Source of the DNA: Nemertoderma westbladi
Lineage: Eukaryota; Animalia; Xenacoelomorpha
Reading direction: 5' to 3'
DNA length: 64,000 nt
NCBI GenBank assembly: GCA_032718475.1
Contig: JAUCBJ010009152.1
Span: 1-64,000 of the forward strand
The notes under the pieces were generated by a model, which saw nothing but the letters and a program-made list of their open reading frames with translations, was not told the DNA's origin and did no database searches. Position 1 is the first letter of the stretch; the number at the start of each line of letters is the position of its first letter. A program made the position numbers and the translations under genes. Shown here in pieces: positions 1-13,062 of the stretch.

Positions 1-349
1 ATGCTTCATTCACAAATCTAGTGGTACGAGACTTATGTCCAGCTAAAGACGATTTAAACTTACTTTCCGTCTTACCATCTGGTACACCAACTCTCCTTAT
101 TACCTCGAGTGTTCTAATTGAGGGATTGAAACCAAATATCTTTATGGCTTCTTGGATGTTGTATCCAGGTTCATTGGTATTGGAGGCAGGATCTGGAACA
201 GACGCAAGCTCACTTACTGCCCCTTGCAAAGATACCTCATTGACCTGAGTAGGATTAATTTCATCCAGATCCAGAACAGTCTGATCTAAATCTACTGAAG
301 ATTCACTACTCACCCTGGATTTAGATTGAAAGGAATTATTTTGGGCCAT
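1..349 (-). CDS. N-terminal part of an ORF running off the left edge; possible gag/polyprotein start of an LTR retrotransposon (BEL/Pao-like?)
   Basis: Manual translation from the ATG at 349 is open to position 1: MAQNNSFQSKSRVSSESSVDLDQTV...KFKSSLAGHKSRTTRFVNEA. The AGHKSRTTR segment resembles the 'xGHxGxxTK/R' helix at the start of BEL/Pao gag proteins (recalled, not searched). It is absent from the ORF track, presumably because it has no stop codon in the window. Confidence 0.45.
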   Translation of the reverse strand, partial: MAQNNSFQSKSRVSSESSVDLDQTVLDLDEINPTQVNEVSLQGAVSELASVPDPASNTNEPGYNIQEAIKIFGFNPSIRTLEVIRRVGVPDGKTESKFKSSLAGHKSRTTRFVNEA

Positions 350-2720
350 CTCTAAGCAACTACGTACTGTTGAAACAGGTCTACCTAGATTTGTAATTAA
401 GGAATGAAATTAAAACAAAGAACTGGCAGACTGGGATTCCCTCAAATTTCAGTCTTGGCGTTGTGTATCAGCCTAATTCTTTACTACACTATTTCATTGA
501 GGCACCCGTATGTACTTGCAATAATAGTCCTGTCCTGATAATAAAATGTTACTCCAGAACGCCAGCAGCCTAGTTAACAATGCAGTAGTAATACTGGTAT
601 TTTAATAGAAACACTACAATACAGATATAACAATTGCAGAAAACTGGTTTATGACACCACGGTTATGAATATGAATGTACTGATACTGATATATGCTTAG
701 CCTATCTATAAATAAATAAATCTATATATATATATATATAGCCTAGGCTTAATATGTTACAGATAAAGGTACCGGTATAGGCTTAAGGTTACAGATATAA
801 AGTACCTACCGGCGGCATAAGCGTAATAATATAAGCGTATTTAATAAATGTATATATATCTGTATATGTACCGCTATAGACTTAATGTTACAGATATAAG
901 GTAGGCCTATAGGCTTAATATTTAATTCAGCACCTGTCAGCCTGTGTACTGTTACTGTACATTAAGCCTAGATAATATTAATTTAAATATAAATTAGATC
1001 AGTGAATTTTTTAGTACCGGTATTTTAATATTTGGCAATATCAGAATATAGGCTAAATTTTATTTTCCACTTTTATTTTGTTATAAAATAAAGCATAGTA
1101 ACCGGTATCATTGATCATTAATGCTTTATTTGATTAATTTACTTGGACCGGTATTCAACAATTAATTTTTAAATAAAATATAAAAATATAAATCTAAGAA
1201 CAGAAGAATAGGTACACATTCAGACATTTCATTCATTACACAGATGTACGAGTCAGGGTTTAATTTAACAACACTGTGGCGTCACTGGCCGAAAACCAGT
1301 CAAGATAAAACAGTAACTGGCGTCAAGTATGTGCGTTAAACTTATAAGTACTGGTACAAAGGTTGATTTGTTTATTACAACCCGGAAATTATAATTTCCG
1401 TCTGTCTGTGTGTGGAAATTGTGTTTAGTGCTACCTGCAGACCTAATAAACGACTGAGAACTGACGTCAGTTTGGTTAAAACCGTATACCAGACAAGAAT
1501 AAAATATCCAGCTGGCGTCGATTGTGGCTAAAGCCGTATGTCAATTCTGAGGTCGGTGTGACAGTGTAATAGGCTAGTCCTGTAGTCTGTCTCCTATACC
1601 AAGTCAGGGGCGGACATCAAGTTTGGGTAAAACCGTAAACCAGTCAGGACAAGGCAGTAACTGGCGTCGAGTTTGGCAAAGGCCGTAAATCCGTCCAATT
1701 GTTGGTAGAGAAGGCCTACCGGTAATAGTAATCAGGTAATTGCGTCCTGTAATTAATTTAATTATATAAGAAATATAATGAACATTAAAATGAATATTGC
1801 AATGAATATTACTATGAATATTACTGTAGCGGCTAAAGGATAGCAGTGAGCTCATCCGTACAATAAACCGGAAACACCCTGCCGCTAAAAGACTTTCGGG
1901 CTTTTGATATCACGCAGTTTGCCAGTGACGCTGCACTGCATTCACACCAGTCTGACAGTCGGTAACAGGACAGACAGATGACACACAGATAAACTAACAC
2001 AGTCATACATAAGACACTGAGACAGACACTAACAGACAAACTCACCAACCGAATGTGCTGGACACCTTTGAATGCGAGTTACCTGGTTGCAAGTGCACTG
2101 CAACTTACATTAGGCATAAAGCACACACGCAGAAACCCCTAGGATCCAACGTGTGTAGCTAGCGTATGACAGCCTCACCAACGTCGCTTGTGCAAGGACT
2201 GAAGGATGGATGGGGATGCGAGGCAAGGAAAACGCAGGTCCTGTTAAGATTCTCGGTCCGTCTCCATATTAATACAATGAACAGATGAATGATAAATAAT
2301 AATCACCGGATCGGAATCACTGATAAAACTGGTTAAATCTGTTAATGGCTAATTGACTAACTGGCAACTGGCAACTGACAACTGACAACTGGTAATATTC
2401 ATAGGACTCTTCGCCCAAAAGTGGGTGTCCGGGAGGACGCAAAATAACAGTACCGGTACCGGTAATAAGATAAGACTGTAAGATACAGTAACTAAAGCAC
2501 TGCAGCACTGTGACTAAAAGGTAAGTAAAAGAGCCTAGCTCCCATCACCATTGTATATCACTGAAAGGCTAACAGCCAATCAGAAACAAGCACCTGGCAT
2601 TACAACTAGGGCCATTAAATTATGACACTTACATCAGTATACTGAATAGATTTAACATGTTACACTTATCTGTACTTACAATAATTTTGGTTGGGGGTAG
2701 AATGCGTATTGGCGCTTACA
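1..2720 (-). mobile_element. Probable 5' portion (5' LTR, long repeat-containing UTR, ORF start) of an LTR retrotransposon inserted into the satellite
   Basis: There is a sharp junction with the satellite at ...GGCGCTTACA|GACTCC, so the minus strand begins TGTAAG, a typical LTR start. A CCAAT box lies at ~2575, diverged UTR repeats at ~740-920 and ~1280-1690, and an ORF follows on the same strand. The PBS and inner LTR boundary were not identified. Confidence 0.45.
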
Positions 2721-5700
2721 GACTCCATATTGGAGTACTGGTTCTAACTTCTGATTCTGATTGATGGACTCCATATAGGAGTACTGGTTCTAACTGCTGT
2801 ATGATGGACTCCATATAGGAGTACTGGTTCTAACTGCTGTATGATGGACTCCATATAGGAGTACTGGTTCTAACTGCTGATTGATGGACTCCATATAGGA
2901 GTACTGGTTCTAACTGCTGATTGATGGACTCCATATAGGAGTACTGGTTCTAATTACTGTATGATGGACTCCATAAAGGAGTACTGGTTCTAACTTCTGA
3001 TTCTGATTGATGGACTCCATATAGGAGTACTGGTTCTAACTGCTGTATGATGGACTCCATATAGGAGTACTGGTTCTAACTGCTGTATGATGGACTCCAT
3101 ATAGGAGTACTGGTTCTAACTGCTGATTGATGGACTCCTTATAGGAGTACTGGTTCTAACTGCTGTATGATGGACTCCATATAGGAGTACTGGTTCTAAC
3201 TTCTGATTGATAGACTCCATATAGGAGTACTGGTTCTAACTGCTGTATGATGGACTCCATATAGGAGTACTGGTTCTCACTGCTGATTGATGAACTCCAT
3301 ATAGGAGTACTGATTCTAACTGCTGTATGATGGACTCCATATAGGAGTACTGGTTCTAACTGCTGTATGATGGACTCCATATAGGAGTACTGGTTCTAAC
3401 TGCTGCATGATGGACTCCATATAGAAGTACTGGTTCTAACTGCTGTATGATGGACTCCATATAGGAGTACTGATTCTAACTGCTGTATGATGGACTCCAT
3501 ATATGAGTTCTAACTGCTGTATGATGGACTCCATATAGGAGTACTGGTTCTAACTTTTGTATGATGGACTCCATATAGGAGTACTGATTCTAACTGCTGT
3601 ATGATGGACTCCATATAGGAGTACTGGTTCTAACTTCTGATTGATGGACTCCATATAGGAGTACTGGTTCTAACTTCTGATTGATGGACTCCATATAGGA
3701 GTACTGGTTCTAACTGCTGTATGATGGACTCCATATAGGAGTACTGGTTCTAACTGCTGTATGATGGACTCCATATAGGAGTACTGGTTCTAACTGCTGT
3801 ATGATGGAATCCATATAGGAGTACTGGTTCCTGGTTCTATCTGCTGATTGATGCTCCATATAGGAGTACTGGTTCTAACTGCTGTATGATGGACTCCATA
3901 TAGGAGTACTGGTTCTAACTGCTGTATGATGGACTCCATATTGGAGTACTGGTTCTAACTTCTGATTCTAATTGATGGACTCCATATAGGAGTACTGGTT
4001 CTAACTGCTGTATGATGGACTCCATATAGGAGTACTGGTTCTAACTGCTGTATGATGGACTCCATATAGGAGTGGACTCCATATAGGAGTACTGGTTCTA
4101 ACTTCTGATTGATGGACTCCATAAAGGAGTACTGGTTCTAACTGCTGAATGAGGAGTACTGGTTCTAACTACTGTATGATAGACTCCATAAAGGAGTACT
4201 GGTTCTAACTTCTGATTGATGGAGTACTGGTTCTAACTGCTGATTGATGAACTCCATATAGGAGTACTGATTCTAACTACTGTATGATGGACTCCATATA
4301 GGAGTACTGGTTCTAACTGCTGTATGATGGACTCCATATAGGAGTACTGATTCTAACTGCTGTTTGATGGACTCCATATAGGAGTACTGGTTCTAACTGC
4401 TGTATGATGGACTCCATATAGGAGTACTGGTTCTAACTGCTGATTGATGAACTCCATATAGGAGTACTGATTCTAACTGCTGTATGATGGACTCCATATA
4501 GGAGTACTGGTTCAAAATGCTGTATGATGGACTCCATATGAGTACTGGTTCTAACTGATGTATGATGGACTCCATATAGGAGTACTGGTTCTAACTGCTG
4601 TATGATGGACTCCATATAGGAGTACTGGTTCTAACTGCTGATTGATGAACTCCATATAGGAGTACTGATTCTAACTGCTGTATGATGGACTCCATATAGG
4701 AGTACTGGTTCTAACTGCTGTATGATGGACTCCATATATGAGTACTGGTTCTAACTGATGTATGATGGACTCCATATAGGAGTACTGGTTCTAACTGCTG
4801 TATGATGGACTCCATATAGGAGTACTGGTTCTAACTTCTGATCGATGGACTCCATATATGAGTACTGGTTCTAACTTCTGATTGATGGACTCCATATAGG
4901 AGTACTGATTCTAACTGCTGTATGATGGACTCCATATAGGAGTTCTAACTGCTGTGTGATGGACTCCATATAGGAGTACTGGTTCTAACTTTTGTATGAT
5001 GGACTCCATATAGGAGTACTGATTCTAACTGCTGTATGATGGACTCCATATAGGAGTACTGGTTCTAACTTCTGATTGATGGACTCCATATAGGAGTACT
5101 GATTCTAACTGCTGTATGATGGACTCCATATAGGAGTACTGGTTCTAACTGCTGTATGATGGACTCCATATAGGAGTACTGGTTCTAACTTCTGATTGAT
5201 GGACTCCATATAGGAGTACTGGTCCTATATAGGTGTACTGATTCTAACTGCTGTATGATGGTCTCCATATCGGAGTACTGGTTCTATCTGCTGTATGATG
5301 GACTCCATATAGGAAGGAGTACTGGTTCTAAATGCTGTATGATGGACTCCATATAGGAGTACTGGTTCTAACTTATGATTGATGGACTCCATATAGGAGT
5401 ACTGGTTCTAACTGCTGTATGATGGACTCCATATATGAGTACTGGTTCTAACTGCTGTATGATGGAATCCATATAGGAATACTGGTTCCTGGTTCTATCT
5501 GCTGATTGATGCTCCATATAGGAGTACTGGTTCTAACTGCTGTATGATGGACTCCATATAGGAGTACTGGTTCTAACTGCTGTATGATGGACTCCATATA
5601 GGAAGGAGTACTGGTTCTAACTGCTGTATGATGGACTCCATATAGGAAGGAGTACTGGTTCTAACTGCTGTATGATGGACTCCATATAGGATTACTGGTT

Positions 5701-8525
5701 CTAACTTATGATTGATGGACTCCATATAGGAGTACTGGTTCTAACTGCTGTATGATGGAATCCATATAGGAATACTGGTTCCTGGTTCTATCTGCTGATT
5801 GATGCTCCATATAGGAGTACTGGTTCTAACTGCTGTATGATGGACTCCATATAGGAGTACTGGTTCTAACTGCTGTATGATGGAATCCATATAGGAGTAC
5901 TGGTTCCTGGTTCTATCTGCTGATTGATGCTCCATATAGGAGTACTGGTTCTAACTGCTGTATGATGGACTCCATATAGGAGTACTGGTTCTAACTGCTG
6001 TATGATGGACTCCATATAGGAGTACTGATTCTAACTGCTGTATGATGGACTCCATATAGGAGTTCTAACTGCTGTATGATGGACTCCATTTAGGAGTACT
6101 GGTTCTAACTTTTGTATGATGGACTCCATATAGGAGTACTGATTCTAACTGCTGTATGATGGACTCCATATAGGAGTACTGGTTCTAACTTCGGATTGAT
6201 GGACTCCATATAGGAGTACTGGTTCTAACTGATGTATGATGGACTCCACATAGGAGTACTGGTTCTAACTGCTGTATGATGGACTCCATATAGGAGTACT
6301 GGTTCTAACTGCTGTATGATGGACTCCATATAGGAGTACTGGTTCTAACTTCTGATTGATGGACTCCATAAAGGAGTACTAGTTCTAACTTCTGATTGAT
6401 GGACTCCATATAGGAGTACTGGTTCTAACTGCTGATTGATGGACTCCATATAGGAGTACTGGTTCTAACTTCTGATTGATGGAATCCATATAGGAGTACT
6501 GGTTCTAACTTATGATTGATGGATTCCATAAAGGAGTACTGGTTCTAACTTCTGATTGATGGACTCCATATAGGAGTACTGGTCCTATATAGGTGTACTG
6601 ATTCTAACTGCTGTATGATGGTCTCCATATAGAAGTATACTGGTTCTGACTGCTGTATGATGGACTCCATATTGGAGTACTGGTTCTATCTGCTGTATGA
6701 TGGACTCCATATAGGAAGGAGTACTGGTTCTAACTGCTGTATGATGGACTCCATATAGGAGTACTGGTTCTAACTTATGATTGATGGACTGACTCCATAT
6801 AGGAGTACTGGTTCTAACTTCTGATTGATAGACTCCATATAGGAGTACTGGTTCTAACTGCTGTATGATGGACTCCATATAGGAGTACTGGTTCTAACTG
6901 CTGTATGATGGAATCCATATAGGAATACTGGTTCCTGGTTCTATCTGCTGATTGATGCTCCATATAGGAGTACTGGTTCTAACTGCTGTATGATGGACTC
7001 CATATAGGAGTACTGGTTCTAACAGCTGTATGATAGACTCCATATAGGAGTATTGATTATAACTGTTGTGGACTCCATATAGGAGTACTGGTTCTAACTT
7101 CTGATCGATGGACTCCATATAGGAGTACTGGTTCTAACTGCTGTATGATGGACTCCATATAGGAGTACTGGTTCTAACTGCTGTATGATGGACTCCATAT
7201 AGGAGTACTGGTTCTAACTTCTGATCGATGGACTCCATATAGGAGTACTGGTTCTAACTGCTGTATAATGGACTCCATATAGGAGTACTGGTTCTAACTG
7301 CTGTATGATGGACTCCATATAGGAGTACTGGTTCTAACTTCTGATCGATGGACTCCATATAGGAGTACTGGTTCTAACTGCCGTATGATGGACTCCATAT
7401 AGGAGTACTGGTTCTAACTTCTGATTGATGGACTCCATATAGGAGTACTGGTTCTAACTGATGTATGATGGACTCCATATAGGAGTACTGGTTCTAACTT
7501 CTGTATGATGGACTCCATATAGGAGTACTGGTTCTAACTTCTGATTGATGGACTCCATATAGGAGTACTGGTTCTAACTGCCGTATGATGGACTCCATAT
7601 AGGAGTACTGGTTCTAACTTCTGATTGATGGACTCCATATAGGAGTACTGGTTCTAACTTCTGATTGATGGACTCCATATAGGAGTACTGGTTCTAACTG
7701 ATGTATGATGGACTCCATATAGGAGTACTGGTTCTAACTTCTGTATGATGGACTCCATATAGGAGTACTGGTTCTAACTTCTGATTGATGGACTCCATAT
7801 AGGAGTACTGGTTCTAACTGCCGTATGATGGACTCCATATAGGAGTACTGGTTCTAACTTCTGATTGATGGACTCCATATAGGAGTACTGGTTCTAACTT
7901 CTGATTGATGGACTCCATATAGGAGTACTGGTTCTAACTGATGTATGATGGACTCCACATAGGAGTACTGGTTCTAACTGCTGTATGATGGACTCCATAT
8001 AGGAGTACTGGTTCTAACTGCTGTATGATGGACTCCATATAGGAGTACTGGTTCTAACTTCTGATTGATGGGACTCCATAAAGGAGTACTAGTTCTAACT
8101 TCTGATTGATGGACTCTATATAGGAGTACTGGTTCTAACTGCTGTATGATGGACTCCATATAGGAGTACTGGTTCTAACTTCTGATTGATGGACTCCATA
8201 TAGGAGTACTGGTTCTAACTGCTGTATGATGGACTCCATATAGGAGTTCTAACTGCTGTATGATGGATTCCATATAGGAGTACTGGTTCTAACTGTTGTA
8301 TGATGGACTCCATATAGGAGTACTGATTCTAACTGCTGTATGATGGACTCCATATAGGAGTACTGGTTCTAACTTCTGATTGATGGACTCCATATAGGAG
8401 TACAGGTTCTAACTTCTGATTGATGGACTCCATATAGGAGTACTGATTCTAACTGCTGTATGATGGACTCCATATAGGAGTACTGGTTCTAACTTCTGAT
8501 TGATGGACTCCATAAAGGAGTACTA
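2721..8525. repeat. 40-bp satellite array, block 1
   Basis: Tandem GGACTCCATATAGGAGTACTGGTTCTAACT followed by a variable 10-mer (GCTGTATGAT, TCTGATTGAT, etc.); 40-bp periodicity is directly visible. Confidence 0.98.
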
Positions 8526-9973
8526 GGTGGGATAAATATTTCTCCATTTGACGCAACACCGCCGCGGCCGCTATGAGGGAGGTGAATACCGCGGCCGCTC
8601 CTAAAGCCGCAGGCCCTCGCTAACTATATAGGTTAACTTGGGATTCTGGGGGACTTTTCGATGAAGGAACTGACCAAATTTTTTTATTTTCTCACCAGGG
8701 GAGCGGCTCGGAATTCTAAGATATTAGCAACTCTAACATTATGAAATATGACCCTTCGACGACACGGCGGACAAAAAACCGTCATTTTTTCGACAATTTT
8801 AAAATTTTTTTGAAAGGCGCTCTACAGTGGCTCGAAAAAACCCTAGGTTATTGCTTAGCCGACGCCGGGATACGATAGAAGGGATTAATTAGTGAATTCG
8901 TTTTTTTTTTCAAAAAAGATTACCACGCCTTTTTTCCGAAAATGTCCGTCAAAGTTGGAAAAACGGATAAAATTACTTTGCGGGATCGGCTATAACTCGG
9001 CTAATATTAATCGTACGGGGACGAAAGTAACGCGGTTGGAAAGGGGAAGAGTGGTACTACCTTCGTATCGAATGGGGGTAAGATATTTATTAAAATTTCG
9101 GGTGGAAAAAGGGGCTGTAAATTTGTACGTTTTTGTCCGTCTTTTTTGGAAAACTTATTTCTGAAATGTTTAATTCGACAACGCGGGTAGGAATCCACTA
9201 ATTCTTTTATGAAACTCGTAGAAGACCATTGGGGCTACGTTCCTATCGAATGGGGGTACAAAAAATATGTCGGCAATAGGGGCCAAAAAGGGCCAGAATT
9301 TGTAAAGTAGTTTTTATCGAATAATTTTTTATTTTTAACTTTAGTTGGTTAAGGTACATTCTATACAGTCAATATCCATACGGGGAATTCAAATATGCTA
9401 TCGGTTTTGCTCCAAGGATGATATTAAAAAAATGAGGGCCAAAATTATAATTTTGCGCTTCAAACTTGCTTCGCGGGAAATCGTCTAGCTCGAAAACTAC
9501 TTAACTTAAGGGGGATTTGTTTACACAGACTTATAGTGCGTTAAATTATCTATCTAACAGCGTTAATCACAGCGCTGGAGGTATTATAAAACTGGAGCGG
9601 CAGGCGATCGTGTGAAATATAATATTTATAAAAAGGGACGAAAAATTTTTTTTTTAACAAATCGCTATTCCATTATAATTTAGCGTATTGCGCCAAAAGT
9701 ACCTGTAAAAAGTATCAAATTAACTCCGCTATCTTTTATCTTAACATATATAATTAAAATTACGAATTTTAAGGGTCGAAAAATATCGCGTTATTTTGGC
9801 CCTATTTTTTAATTTTTTTGGGGCCAAAAATAACCCCTTCTCAAAAGATTAAGAAAAAAATTACGGCAAAGAATATACCAATTTTATTGAATTTGGACCA
9901 CCAGAACCGAAGTTAGAGCGATTTTAGTGAAAAAATAAAAATAATTTTTTTTGCAAAAAAATTAAGAATGGTC

Positions 9974-10047
9974 AGGTCAATATTGGATTTCGAACCCGCG
10001 AACTTAGGTTTCATTAACGTGATTGATAACCACTAGACTATGTGACC
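9974..10047 (-). ncRNA. tRNA-like Pol III cassette (A-box + B-box) in 3-kb unit 1
   Basis: The minus strand reads GGTCACATAGTCTAGTGG...GCGGGTTCGAAATCCAATATTGACC, with A-box TAGTCTAGTGG, B-box GGTTCGAAATCC, GGTCA/TGACC acceptor-like pairing and a downstream T-run. The anticodon arm does not pair. Confidence 0.55.
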
Positions 10048-12988
10048 AAGAGAATTTGAAATTTTCGAGTGACTATTTTTAAACATAAATAACTTCGGTT
10101 CTACAGGGCCGTTTAATCTGAAACTTTTTTCATTGGATAGAGGATAGATTGTAGTGTGTGAAATAGGATACAACTTGGGAAAAGACTTATGTGCACTTAG
10201 TGCAAAATGCACTTAAATAGTGAACATTTTTTCGATATTTCAAACACTATTATTTCCAGTTCTATTCATCGTAGAATGTTATTTTTTGGATTAAAATGTA
10301 GTTTGGAATGATTTCTAACTATAATCGTAACATTTGTTTAACTTTTTATGTCTATAAAGTGACTTAAAATGTCCATGAATATGGTCCAAAATCGCAAATC
10401 CAGATTTATTAAATTGGATTTTTGACACTTTTAGCGACTGACACTTGATCATACACCATCGTAGATCGGTAGAGGATAAACATAAGTTTGTTAAATAAGA
10501 GCCACCATTACGATCTGCTAAAGTGCATTTGTACAAATAAGTGTGCAAAAGTGCAAATTTTTTAATAAGGTCAAATTATATAGTATTGGGTTATTTTCTT
10601 TGCAGATACTTTATTTTCATATTAATATGTTGTTTGAACCTTACTGAGCGCATTAGGGGATATGCGTACAAATAACCGGCCCTTATGAGGCTTCGATTGG
10701 GTAAATTAATAAAACATAAGGTTGTATAGTATAATATTCTAAAAACCAGTGTGATATTAAATGCACTTTAAATAATAAATAGAAATCAAATAACAATTGG
10801 ACCACACAATTAAAAACTCGCACAATTTTGTACTTATTATATCGCTTCAAATTAATTCAACAGTGGATATTTGGGGGAAGGGGGAAGTTACAGTGTGCAT
10901 TCGGGGGAAGTTTGGTGAACTGCATTTATGCAGTGAATCCAAACTTCCCCCTTTGATATATCATATACTTAAGACATGCTAGGGTGACGGGGAAATATTT
11001 GTTACTGTCACACTTTGCTTCCATTTATCCTATCCTTTATTATTACCCCAGTCAGATAAGAGATAATAAATCAGTAAAAACTAAACTAAACTGTCTTTCA
11101 TGCAAACAAATTTCTAACTAAAGACGGGTGAATGACCATGACCATGGAAATAATTTTAAATATAATTGTATATCAACTATTTGGGGAGGCTTCCAAGTTA
11201 AACCCGAAAACAATTATTTTGTTACATAGTAAATAACGTTGTATGTTCTTCTTCCTCTCATAATAAAATATAAATGAAATATCTCAGATCGCTATGCCCT
11301 GTAACATTTCACAACCAAAATATTTAAGTGTGAAAAGTGTAGGCCTACCACACTCCGCCCAAACAACCGCAAACGCATAGCCAACAAATTTAACAAAAGG
11401 TTACATACATGTTGGGTTCATGACGAGATGAGTGAAAATTGATCGCGTAATATAAAGTAAAAAATTAAGAGACGGGCTGGCTCTCCTCCACTTTCTTACC
11501 CAATGGATATGTTGTTGTAATAATCTAATTTTGGAGCGGCTTTCTCTCGGTGGGATAAATATTTCTCCATTTGACGCAACACCGCCGCGGTCGCTATGAG
11601 GGAGGTGAATACCGCGGCCGCTCCTAAAGCCGCAGGCCATCGCTAACTATATAGGTTAACTTGGGATTCTGGGGGACTTTTCGATGAAGGAATTGACCAA
11701 TTTTTTTTATTTTCGCACCAGGGGAGCGGCTCGGAATTCTAAGATATTAGCAACTCTAACATTAGCAAATCTATCCCCTCGACGGACACGGCGGACAAAA
11801 AACCGTCATTTTTTCGACTTTTTTAAAAAATTTTTGAAAGGCGCTCTACAGTGGCTCGAAAAAACCCTAGGTTATTGCTTAGCCGACGCCGGGATACGAT
11901 AGAAGGGATTAATTAGTGAATTCGATTTTTTTTTCAAAAAAGATTACCACGCCTTTTTCCCGAAATTGTCCGTCAAAGTTGAAAAAACGGACAAAATGGC
12001 TTTGCGGGATCCACTCTAACTCGGCTAATATTAATCGTACGGGGACGAAAGTAACGCGGCTGGAAAGGGGAAGAGTGGTACTACCTTTGTATCGAATGGG
12101 GGTAAGATATTTATTAATATTTCGGGTGTAAAAAGGGGCCGTAACTTTGTCCGTTTTTTCCATATTTTTTACATAATTAATATTTCCAAAATTTTTAATT
12201 CGACAACGCTAGTAGGAATCTGCCAATTCTTTTTCGGAAAGCGTAGAAGACCACAGGGGCTACATTCCTATCGAATGGGGGTACAAAAAATATGTAGGCA
12301 AAGGGGTCCAAAAAGGGCCAGAAAATAATAAAAAGTTTATAACTATAACAACTTTTTTATTTTAGACTCTAGAAGGTTAAAGTACATTTTATACGGTTAA
12401 TATCGATACGGGGAATCCAAATATTCGATTGGTTTTGCCGCGCAAACGATATTAAAAAAATGAGGGCCCAAATTAAAATTTCACGCTTCAAACTCGCTTC
12501 GCGGGAACTCGTCTAGCTCGAAAAATACATAAGGTCTGGGAGACTTATTTAAACAGTCTTATAGAGCGTCAAATTATCTATCTTTCAACGGTAGTTACAA
12601 CGCCATAGCTATTATATAACTGGAGCGGCAGACGATCGTGTGAAATATACTACTTATAAAAAAGGGACGAAAAAATTTTTTTTTAATAAATCGCCATTAC
12701 ATTATAATTTAACTTTTTGCGACAAAAGTTCCTGTAAAATGTAGCAAATTAACTCCACTATCTTTTTTCTTAACATTAATAATTAAAATAACGAGTTTTA
12801 AGGGTCGAAAAATATCGTGTAATTTTGGCCCTTTTTTTTCATTTTTTTTGGGGCCAAAAGTACCCCCTCTCAAAAGATAGAAAAAAAAAATTACGGCAAA
12901 GAATATACCAATTTTATTGAATTTGGAGCACCAGAACCGAAGTTAGAGCGAATTTAGTCAAAAATTAAAAATATTTTTAAATTAAGAA

Positions 12989-13062
12989 TGGTCAATATTG
13001 GGTTTCGAACCCACGAACTTAGGTATCGTTAACGTGATTGATAACCACTAGACTACGTGACC
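12989..13062 (-). ncRNA. tRNA-like Pol III cassette in 3-kb unit 2
   Basis: GGTCACGTAGTCTAGTGGTTATCAATCACGTTAACGATACCTAAGTTCGTGGGTTCGAAACCCAATATTGACCA (74 nt), with T-arm TGGG-TTCGAAA-CCCA. Confidence 0.6.

Noticed and set aside
21-248. 75-aa plus-strand ORF
   Set aside because: It is the antisense shadow of the longer minus-strand frame starting at 349.
2300-2322. Primer-binding site candidate TGATTCCGATCCGGTGATT on the minus strand
   Set aside because: It does not start with TGG and only weakly resembles a tRNA 3' complement, so it cannot fix the LTR boundary.
8523-8526. Canonical Helitron 3' end (CTAG on the minus strand)
   Set aside because: The CTAG is present in the empty satellite site and is replaced by CTCG at unit-unit junctions. 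There is no TC start in an A|T target and no hairpin ~11 nt from the end. Rolling-circle mobility is kept only as an alternative hypothesis.
12989-13062. Functional decoding tRNA gene
   Set aside because: The D and anticodon stems do not pair and the acceptor stem is only 5 bp, so it is annotated as tRNA-like instead.
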